From: Paragordius varius
Lineage: Eukaryota > Animalia > Nematomorpha
DNA length: 64,000 bases
Assembly: GCA_964247055.1 (NCBI GenBank)
Contig: OZ176053.1
Location: 5,828,001 to 5,892,000 of the forward strand
Direction: 5' to 3'
The notes beneath the pieces were generated by a model, which saw nothing but the letters and a program-made list of their open reading frames with translations, did no database searches and had not been told where the DNA came from. The translations under genes and the position numbers were made by a program. Positions 39,201 through 50,328 of this stretch are shown in pieces (position 1 is the first letter of the stretch; each line of letters starts with the position of its first letter).

Positions 39201-42200
39201 TTATCTTGAATGACCATTTAACAATCATTTTTTGTTTAGTTTGTATTGAATCAAGATGAAATCACTTTCGTATGGGCTTATGATACTGTCACATCTACAC
39301 AAATACCAAATCCAAATCACTTAAATCATCAAACTCTCATGCACCAAAATTTAATGCAAACATTGCAAAATGATGATTCTTTTATCCTACCATTACCTCT
39401 TACGCCTGCAGTTTTACCCATGACTCAACATAGCTTTGTTGAACAAAATCAAGATTATTATTTTACTAGTGAAAAAACACCTTCCAAAATTTCAATGTTA
39501 GTATTGGCTTCAAACAAGCAGTTATTGCTTATCCCAACGAATTCTTGTAGCATTTATGGCACCTCTTGCCAACAATGTATTCAGAGTCATGTTTTAGATC
39601 CCCTAGAATGTGGTTGGTGTACAACTTTAACGCAAAACACCATAAACACCGAGAAGGGTCAATGTATGACACAAAACGAATGTAAGAATAGAGGACACAT
39701 TCATGATGTCAAATATAATACCATAGGTACAAATAGATTTGACAAACACATTAGTATTGAACAGTCAAGCGAATCAACAATATACCAATGGGAGACCCAA
39801 AACTGTAAACCTATTATTAAAAAGGTTTAACTATATATTCATTACATTGTTTTCGTAAGTAAAGGCTTTTAGGCATATTTTGAAAAAAATTATCTTCAAT
39901 CAATTTTTTAATCGATAGGTATGGCCATTGAATGGACCAATACAGGGAGGAACTGAAATTTATATATATGGTGATTCTTTTCATACATCTTTCGATTCAT
40001 ATCAAAAGAATAATAAAGATAAAAATGTTGAAACCTTAAAGGTTTATTTAGGTCCCACAATGGCTCAATTAACTAATAATAATTTAGAAACGGATTGGGA
40101 GAAATGTCACATATCTTTTATAAACGATACTATAATCAAATGCAAAGTTCCACCTTTGTTCAAATTACAAACGAAATTTAGGTTATCTTATAATAATAAT
40201 AATAATAATGACGTAAATTCAGTCACTAAGTTTTATATTACTTTGAAAGAAGAAAGGGGTCAGACAAAATCCTTAACCAAATATGCAACAATCCCATTTG
40301 AGTATAAAGAAGTTCAAATATATAAATATGAACCACATATGGGATTACTATCTGGTTCCAATATTATAAGATTATATGGAAAAAATTTGGATGTCGGATC
40401 TAACGTTACTGTATCAGTTAGTCGTGATAAGAGTCTGCATGTATGCGAAATTGTTAATCAAACATCTAAACTGATTATTTGTCATTTAAAACTGCCTGAA
40501 GAGACAATAGGGAATTCTTTATACGAATCATTTGATATATCTCTTACCATAGATAATTTAATCACGCATGTCACTCCCAATTTTAAAGTATTCCCTGTTC
40601 CAAAGATTATAACATTGACGCCAACCAAATGTATTATGAGGTATGTTAGAGTTCGTGGCTTAGATTTTTATTTTTAAAATTGATTTCATATGATATTTTG
40701 AAAATTATAAATTTCAATCTTTTTAACAAATTTTATTTTTTTAGTGGCGGATGTGCATTAACGCTTTCAATCAATGATATTCAATCAATTGACATTGCTA
40801 CTTGGGTAAAATGGCAAAATTTGCTCAACATAAGTTTAATCGTTCATAAAAACGATGTTGAACTTTTATATGGACCATTAAAGGAATTTCACAGTATGTA
40901 TGACAATGAGATTCATATATTAATTAACACAAATGGCTCATTTTGTAAAAAGCAAGATAACACTCATTCTTTGCTTTGTACCATAGTGATTCCCAATATA
41001 ACTAGTCATCTTACCAATTTTATGGCAGCAAAAGTATTAACTTCCAAGTCTACCGCTGGTTTTTTGCTGAAAAATGACAATTTAATAACCGCAACTACAT
41101 CGAGCGTTTCATTAATCATGGCTAAAATCTCTGTTCATTTTAATCAAATTATTTCCATTTTCGTGCAATCATTCGTGCTGTATAGAGATCCGGTTTATTA
41201 TTCTTTCCCCCTAACACCATATCGTTTAAATGGAACAACAAATGAATTAACAATCAGGGGTGAACGTTTAGACTTGGTTCATACGCCACAAAATATAAAA
41301 ATATTGGTTGGGAAGCAATATGTATGTGTTATTCATAAATTCAAGTCCTATTATTTGACCTGTCATATAATCCATATCAATCATTTGGCCAATCAAAGTT
41401 TTGCAGCGCCGAGAACATTAGTGACTAATTCGACAAAACATAATATTGAAACAAAAGAACAACTGCCATATGGGAAACTTAAACAAAATGATCTAAGTGT
41501 GTATGTTGGCACCCATTTTCTCGAACATAACATGCAAAATGGTAAATGTTTTATTTAAAATACAATAATTTAGATATATTTTGATTATATTACTTATATC
41601 CTTTTCAAGGTCAAAACATAAACGATGGAAGACGTGTTAAACGAGAGCCCTTACATCAAACCAAAAAGGAAATTGCACATGAGGTAATAGTAATGGCTGG
41701 CCCATTAACTTTTAGCCTTGGAATGGTTTGGTTTGATCCAGCTCAAATTTCTGAATATCACCAAATAGATGAGAAAGACACCCTTTCTAATTTGGGGCAT
41801 GGGATAGAACTACATACCGATGATATTTCCGACAACAGTTCAGCCAAACAATTTGCCATAGATGTTAGAGCAAATTTAGTTTGGGCAATATTGGCTGTTT
41901 CTATCCTGGCCTGTTTCATTGTGTGTTTCCTCGTTTGTGCGTGGTGGAAACGATATAAAAATATGAGTAAGTTTATCAATATTACTCTTTTTAAGAGAAT
42001 TCCAATTTTTTTATCTAATATTTTTGGTTTAGAATTGAGAGAAGCTCTTCGGTTAACTCCCAAATATATGCAAAGTTTTCCCTATATATCTTCAACAATT
42101 AAAAATAATAAACTCAATAATCGTTTTCCGTGGTTATCAGAGTTTAATAATAATAATACATGCAGTTCATCTTCTGTCACCACGATAAACAATATCAATA

Positions 42201-45200
42201 ATCATAACATTGTAACATGTCTTGATTCTGAGGATTCTCTCAATACCAACTTGGATGACAAATCAAACATAAGTATGTTTCCCACTAATTTTTTAACGAA
42301 AAAAATATTATTATGTTTAAAACAATTTTTATTATGTGGTTTTTAGAGTATTTGCCACAAACTTTAAATGAACCCACGAATCAATCTTGTATGCATGAAT
42401 CTACATCAAATAAGACCAATAGTAAATCTTCCCACCCCGCTCGCAAATCAAAGAAAACTACATTGTCGTCCAACCTTAGGCCATTTGTTTTTGGTAAAAC
42501 AGCCGCACAAAATTATCCGGCTTTGTTACTTGATTCCGATTTTATATACCGTCAACAATATAGTGTCAATAATATGGTTAGTAGTATTAACACGAATAAT
42601 ACGCCTTCCACAAAATCAGGACTTCTGCATAAAATTACATCAAATATTTCAAGATGGCAACTAAAACCGCCAAAGCCGGGTGTTGCTTTTGGTCAAACAA
42701 ACAACGTTTTAGAATGTTATAGCGATAATAATAACAATAAAAAGAGAAAGAGTGCAGGAAATGGTAATGGTCCAACTTTACCCGCTAATTTACTGCGCGA
42801 TTTTGATGAGGAAACACGTAGTCTACTTCAAGATCCTAACATGCTTATCCCGCCAGACCGATTGCAAATTGGCCCATTGATTGGGCAAGGGAATTTTGGA
42901 CGTGTTTATAAAGGATTTTATTTTTATTATCCTAATTCATCTTGTGGTACATCCAATATGCCATCAGTAGCGGAAAATTCAAACGAAAATGTTGCAAAAC
43001 AAAGTAAAAACACACCTGTCAAACAAGATTGTATGGATGTGGCTATTAAAACGCTCAACAGTAGATATTTAAATTGCTATTATTAAAATACAAATATAAT
43101 TTGTTTATTACTAACATTATTGGTACTTAAAAATTGATTAATATATTATTGATAATTCTTATTAATTTAGACCAAGGGTGTCTAATTTAAATGGCTTCGC
43201 GGGCCGCATTTGAAAATATTATAAGCATTTAATATTTCATTTAGAATAATACCATACTTTAAATTTACAAGCAACATATAAATACGAATTATTTCATCAA
43301 TTTTTGCTAGATCGTTGCCAAAATTTGGCAAGATTTGTTTTAAAAGACAAAAAAATATCAATTTTACTAACAATATTTTGCGAGTTATAGAATTTATTTG
43401 GTAATTTTTCAAACTTTTTGTCCGCATAAAATATTTCGGAGGATTGCATGTTGGACACCCCTGACGTAGTCGTTTAAAAAGTATTCAATTTTAATACTTT
43501 CCCACTTTATTTAATCAATATATATACTTTTAGGACAAAATCCTTTTTTTTTCATTTATTATCCAAGTTTAAATTTATAATACTAATCTAGCAACATTGG
43601 CAAGACCGGAAGATTTGCGTTCATTCTTGCACGAAGGCTTGCGGATGAAAGAATTTAGCCATCCACATGTCATGTCACTGATTGGTATTTCATGGGGAGG
43701 TCCACACAACCATAAGGCGGCTTTTGCTTTGGGCGGCGCCGCCTCTGATAAAACCTCAACATCAACTCTTACTAATTTACGATCACTTCTATTCCCTAAT
43801 AAATTAACGCATGCTCTCTGTACGGCAAATAATAATCCATACGAATATTTACAACAGCCCTTGGTTATATTACCTTACATGGCAAATGGGGATATGTTAA
43901 GTTACCTGCGTAACCCGGGCGTTAATCCAACCCTAGGCAATTTGCTAACGTGGGCTCACCAAATAGCGGACGGGATGACATACCTATCCAAACTCAAATT
44001 TGTCCATCGAGATTTAGCGGCCCGAAATTGCATGTAAGTTTGATAATGAACGTTTGAAATAAAATAAATTTAAAATAAAGGAATTATGCGTTGAAAGGAA
44101 TATGAAATTATTGGTGTTGTATGTCTTTATTTTTGGGATATTGCTAAAATATTTGTTGGGGCATAGATTCGATGTTATATTTTAACAATATCTTATTTAT
44201 TTTTATGATTTTTATGCAAAAGTCTCCTAATTTTATAGTTGTTTATCATTCTTGGTGATATGTCAAGCTATGTATATGGCATTAATTTAGGAGTTGATGC
44301 CTTAAACGTCAATTGATAAGACATAAATCTTTATTAGATCTGTATTGAAGGATTTGGGTTTTTTGGATTATGTTGGCCAACCATCGCCTTTCGCTGCAAA
44401 TTTTTGAGATAAAAGAATTCAATTACAACCATATACATTTCTAATTTTCACCAAATGTTAAGGAGTTTTTGCTTTAAAAGAGGTTTTAATTAACGCTGAT
44501 ATATATGAAATCGTTACCACATATTTTTTCGTTTTTATGAAAATCTCGATTTTTTCGTTTCTGCAATATGTTAAAGTATATATATTTTATTAAATCTGTA
44601 ATGGTATTTGGTTACCAAGACATATAGTTACATTGAAAAAAGTCACAAAGTTGATAACATAGATTAAAAATTAAATGTGCCTACTAATTAATTTCAGCAT
44701 TCACATAAGTGTTTTATCCATGATCTTAGGTTGAATCAAGATTATTGTGCCGTGGTTTCAGATTTTGGCCTATCTCGTGACATTTATGAAAAGGATTATT
44801 ACTCGTGTTCCAACAAAGCTGTTCGGCTTCCCATCAAATGGATGGCTTTGGAGAGTTTGACCAAAAATATTTATAATGCCAAAACGGATGTTGTAAGTTT
44901 TATCATATATGTATGTATATCTCAAAAAAGGTTTGATCATTAACAATAATAACTAAAAAATATGGACAAACTAGTTAATAAGCAAATTATTTTTAAACCG
45001 GATTTAAACTGATTATTAGCTTTAAAAATAAATTAGGTCCCACCCATAAACTTAATATTCAAAAAAAATCGTCAAATATCTATTAGATGTGCGCTGACAC
45101 TCGTCGCTTGGACTTAGTCGGCACCATATTTTGCTGGTTTTAAAAAAAATCGATAAATTGTTTATGTTTTATTTATAGGGTGGCATATTCAAAGGGTGGT

Positions 45201-48200
45201 ATTATACTCGGATTTATATAAAATAGCCTAATTAAAATTTCCCTCTATGCGGGAAATGCATAAAACTTTCATTATAATTTTGGAACATAATTTACAAAGG
45301 GTGAATCCCTAACCAATGGCTTATATAAAAAGTGTACTAAAATGTTTGCTTTATATTGAAAATAGCCATTACCCTTATAGAATATTTATGCCAAGGGGTT
45401 TCCAAAAATCTGCTTCAAAGCCACATTAATTTTATAGGATGGCGCATTTTATATCGGATGAGGCTCAGCCCTAAGGCAGTTTTGAAAAACTCGCATTCTC
45501 CCGAAAATTGAAAAGATTTAAATTGTTATTTTACGATGAGGGGCTTAATAAAATAAGAATTTTTTTATTGACTTTGAATATGACCGCATTTTTCCCAAAA
45601 ATTACCCAAAAAACACGATTTTTACCTGTAATGCATTTCCTAGACGACACCATCAATATATCGATAACATGTTTTAATAAAAACAATAAAAAAATGCGGA
45701 TATATAGATCAAGACAATTATTTGCTTGGAATATACAGTAGGGTACCTTGAAATTAACACAAAAAGCGCCTGACAATTATTTTTACTTTTAAACGAGAAA
45801 GTTTATGCTCTCATAATTTTTGAAAAAATGCTTAATTCCAACTTATTACTATATGAAGCCATATAACATTGAATGGATACCCGGAGGATAAAGACGCTAG
45901 GCTAATTACTTACGGCAGGGCTTCTTAAACTTTTGTAGTTCCCGACCCCATTTATGATTGCGAATTTTTTAACGACTCCAACAAATATAAAATAATAATA
46001 GTTTCTTTGAAATAACACTTAATTTTATTGATAATATTATCAGGATTATTTCGGTTTTAAGAGATGGACAAAAATAAATCTACATTTTTATAAATTTCTA
46101 CAACATTTTCTGATTCATAGTAAATTTATACAAGCTACTAGCTGCTGTCACGCTTCTCTGTGACATAGTCTCGCCGATAATTATTCTTAATAATTTGAAA
46201 TAAATAGTGTTAATGGAAATAAAAAAATATAAAAAAAACATATTTAATAAAAAGTATGTCTTTAATTATTCTTTTACAGGTTTTTGCATAGGCTTAAATA
46301 TTGTTTACATTGACCATATTTAAACTGTCCTTTATTAATGTTAATATTTAAATATCATTGGATTTATTTTAAAATTTTCGTTTTACGAAATCATGCTTTA
46401 AAGTTTTATTTTGAAATTGTGTTCACACAGCTGGTATCAAGGGATATAAAAAGTAAATCATTTTTGGTCCCTTTTTAAGGAAAGAATGATATTATACGAA
46501 TTCACCAGAAATGTGTTTAACTGAACTCGTATTGCTTCTTAAGTCTTTTTGAAAATTAGCTCCAAAACCACGCCATTTTGTATGGCTGTCAGTTATTTGG
46601 AAAAAGCGCTGAGTTAATTCTTTGCCTTTATAGGGCAAATATTTGGGATTATCTTTGATACCATCGTCTCATGGGTTATATGAAAAAATACCTCAATACT
46701 AAATAATCGTTATGATGGCGTATTTTTAGGGCATAAAGGCCCCAAACTAACTGATAATAAAAAAAACCCACCTTAATTTTTACCTAGTTACGGATAATAT
46801 TTCAAGCTTGTATTGAGCTCATATTGCTTCATATCGCTTCACTGTAAATTAGCTCCAAAACAACGCAATTTCTATATAGTGGCGCAGTTTTAGCGGCTAT
46901 CAGTTTACCCTGCAGCCAATATTAAAAAACGCAAGACTATAGTTTTTGCCTTTTAACAGGAAATACCTGGAATCCTCATTGAATTATAACGGTATCATAC
47001 CCTTGGCTAAAAATTATTTAGTTTTTTTGAAAAAATGGCATTTTACGGAGGGAGCGGGTAAAAAGAGAGCCTAAATTAAAAAAGTAAGCCGATGTTCAGT
47101 GCAATCGAACACAAGTAAAAAAATCATTTGAAATCGACCAACCTGTTTTCCGCAAAATTGTCTTAAAGACACCGTTTTTGTGGACTTGTGCTTTCAAAAA
47201 AATCCGTTTTTTAACCCGGTGGGCCCGAACTGGGGGCCTAATTCAAAAAGGGCGAAACTATTGTGTTCTCCATATTTGGATTCCGGTTTTCCTAAAACGA
47301 CAAAGCCCATTTTCCATTTTTATAAATATATATATAATTACCGGTATAGAAATGCTGGTATAAACAGTTTCCGAACCAGAAGATTTTATGATATATTTAT
47401 CTACAATGATTGTTATTTGTCTTTAGAACAATAATTTTAAAATTTAAAAAAATATTTTTAAATTGTATATCACTCGCGACCCCAAATGGGGTCGCGACCC
47501 ATAGTTTAAGAAGGTCTGCCTTACGGGATATATTTCCATTATTATATCCATATAGTATCAAAGGTTTTCCTAAATATTGCTTCCAAGCTACGTTCTCTCT
47601 ATATGATGCGTTTTTAAAATACCTACGAATTAATTTAAAAAAGGGACGTTTTAACTTCACCAACAGCTAAAAGCATTACTGAATCCATATCATATAGGTT
47701 TTTTAGCTTTTAAATTTATGGTTTCTTATATGGTGGCATATTTTAAAGAGTTTGGAGTTTTTCCAGTGATTAATTTAAGATAGCGCTTAACCAATTTTTT
47801 GGGTTTAAGCGGATACCTGCAACCATTATTGAATCCATATAATCTCATAGTTCAATAATTTGTTTCAAAGCCACATTATTTCTATATAATGACATATTTT
47901 ACAGAGGATGAGGTCTTACTCAATGGGTGAATAAAATGCGGTGCTAGAATCCCCTTATTTGGAAATTAAACATCATTTATACCATAGGGTCTCATAACTT
48001 ATCCGAAAAAATTGACATAGTTAAGCCCTATTAGCGGCTTATAAATCGTTGTAAAATTTGCATGACTGGAAATAGCTGAAACTTTTATTTTCTTTACACC
48101 ATAACAGAAAATTTTTATAGGCTGTGCATTTTAGGAGGCAATCTCTTCCAGTAAAAATATTGGTAATTTTTCAGTAATTTTTTCTCCGCCCTTTAACAAT

Positions 48201-50004
48201 TTGTCATTCTAATTAATTTTGAACATTTTAGGGTTGACGAATTTTTATAGAGACTCTTAAAACTCTTTTGAAATCTAATATTTTTCCTTAGTTTTGATTA
48301 CATTTTAATTATTTGGAAGGCTATTATTTTTTAATGGTGTACATAGACTAACTAATGTAATTTTTGACTTGGTTTAATAGCGTTATCATTTTTTTATTAA
48401 CACAATATTTTTAGGAGAGACACCTGAAATTACTATTAAGCCATATAAATATAATTACTTGAGAAAAAAATGTGTACTTGCCTCCTAAATTTATGCAATA
48501 AATGATTACCAATTATTTTTACATATAATTTTTAACCCTAAATTTTATGTTTTTAGGTTATAATTATTTGTAGCAAACTCACACATCCCCCCTTTTTTTA
48601 TTTTTTTTACCTGGTGAACAAAAATTATAAAATGAAATTATCATTTTAATAGCATTCACAAAATTGGGCTTCCAATTTGCTATAAAACATTTTTTATTAA
48701 TAAAGCTTAGGTTAAGAATTTCATTTTGATATAGTAATATTTTGTATATATATAATATGGGTGCAATTTGTTGTTATCAGTGGTTTAGATGAATAAAAAG
48801 TCCCAATTTTATAAATATACACTATATTTCTCTGCATTTGACCAGTTTGATTTATGGTTTGTCGTTAAATTTAATTGTTACCATATATATTATATTATAT
48901 TTTTGTCATTTTGTAAATGCGCAAATAAGCGTTATATGTGATAGGATTTACCATTTTTTATGATACAGTAGCGTATGGCATAAAACAATATCAGTCCATA
49001 AAACAATAAAAAAATGTTTTTTTTAAAAAAAACAAGGCATTGGATATGTGTACATACAACTAGGCTTGTTTTTTAAAAAAAACATTTTTTTTATCCTTTT
49101 ATAGACTAATAATGTTTTATGCCATACGCTACTGTATATACCAACAATATTAATTTTCACATCTATTTATTTTTATGATACAATAATTTTATAGTGGTCA
49201 TTTGGCATAGTTTTGTGGGAACTCATGACGCGTGGTATAAATCCGTATCCTGACGTTAATAATTGGGACATTTTGACTTACCTTTCTTGTGGTCGTAGGC
49301 TTTTGCAACCACTTTACTGCCCAGATAATTTGTACGTATTTACTTTTTCAATTATTCTTAAAGCTAATTTAAAACGCACATAATTGACATTTTTTTAAAA
49401 TATGAAATAAAATTTTTAGCTTACTTTGTTTTCATGAATAAGAGGAAATTTAGCTAGGATTATAACTGGAGTCATTTTTTAAAATTGGTAGGCTTTCAAC
49501 GGTCGAACACTTATTATTTTATCGTAAAGAATAAGTAGAATTAAATTATTGTGTTGATTTTATCTATATAAAATGCTGTCCATAAATTTTTTAAATGCGT
49601 AGAACTATTTTTGGTCCAGTTTAATTCCGAATTCACAATACAAACATTTGATTTATGTTAAAATTGAATCTTTTAGATATCAACTGATGTTATCATGTTG
49701 GATGTCCGATCCTGCTGAAAGACCCACCTTTGAATCAATCATGGAAGAAATTCAATCAATCATTGAGGAATTAGCTTCAGAATCTATCAAAGATATTACG
49801 TACCATTATGATACGGCTTATTACATCTGTAATAACAATAATGAATTAATAGATGATAAACAACACTCAGCAGAATCGGTAGTTAGCCCTTCGAATGAAA
49901 CAATTACAAATAAGGATAATACTAAACTTAATAGGGGTCAAATCAGTTTTGAAATGACGGAAGAACGCCAAAAACGAGATACTGTCTCGGTTTGGGATTG
50001 TTAA
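36234..50004 (+). CDS. MET/RON (HGF receptor) family receptor tyrosine kinase: signal peptide, Sema, PSI, IPT repeats, TM, kinase; 15 exons, ~2000 aa
   Basis: Exons 36234-37025, 37680-37839, 38077-38297, 38730-38927, 38996-39155 (1-nt frame problem), 39240-39824, 39919-40640, 40745-41541, 41610-41966, 42033-42272, 42347-43060, 43592-44033, 44730-44892, 49195-49331 and 49677-50004. Motifs: [10 protein letters not shown] signal; [19 protein letters not shown] (Sema); C..C..C....CGWC (PSI); [10 protein letters not shown] (IPT); [23 protein letters not shown]; [73 protein letters not shown]. Cannot choose between MET and RON. Confidence 0.92.
37384..37660. mobile_element. MITE family A copy 4, in RTK intron 1
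   Basis: atataccatttacaattcaaattc ... gagggtgaatttgaattgttgaagggtgaatttgaactgtaaatggtat. Confidence 0.82.
43173..43463. mobile_element. hAT-family MITE (~290 bp) in RTK intron
   Basis: CAAGGGTGTC ... GTTGGACACCCCTG termini like the 22377-28101 hAT; subterminal GCGGGCCGCA; decayed TSD (atttagac / acgtagtc, 5/8). Confidence 0.75.
45916..47518. mobile_element. Non-autonomous hAT element (~1.6 kb) carrying a nested repeat, in RTK intron
   Basis: Termini CAGGGCTTCTTAAACT and AGTTTAAGAAGGTCTG; subterminal CGACCCC repeats; TSD acttacgg / ccttacgg (7/8). Confidence 0.82.
46500..47335 (-). repeat. Inverted, internally deleted copy of the 15155-16900 element
   Basis: 47217-47256 is the near-exact reverse complement of ~15271-15310, and similarity continues through the monomers. 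More degenerate monomers lie at ~45230-45480 and ~47560-47950. Confidence 0.8.
48966..49134. mobile_element. Tc1/mariner-type MITE (169 bp, TA TSD)
   Basis: TA|CAGTAGCGTATGGCATAAAACA ... TGTTTTATGCCATACGCTACTG|TA; 22-bp perfect TIR and further inverted similarity inward. Confidence 0.88.
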
Positions 50005-50328
50005 AGATTTTTATGCAATTTTTCAACTACAAACATTAATAACATTCCTATCTTCCGCTATAATTAGTGCATTTATGGACTGTTTTATGCAAATTTATGA
50101 CATATTTTTAACTTATTTTTTTATCCGAATTTTTAAAAATTTTTACTATGCACATTTTATTTAGTAATCCATTTATTTTTTCTAATACAATAAATTATCA
50201 CATGCGTGTTGGACACATACAACAAATTTAGGGTTAATTATCAAAAAATATTTTTTTTGTTGAAAAAAAAAAACAAAAACAAATATGCTCATATAGTTTG
50301 TCAAAATATATCATGTAAAAGTTTTTTC

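Noticed and set aside
44034-50328. Nuclear receptor LBD exons nested antisense in the RTK introns
   Set aside because: The higher-complexity patches examined are explained by TEs or contain stops, and no LBD-like peptide was seen by eye. An HMM search is still needed.
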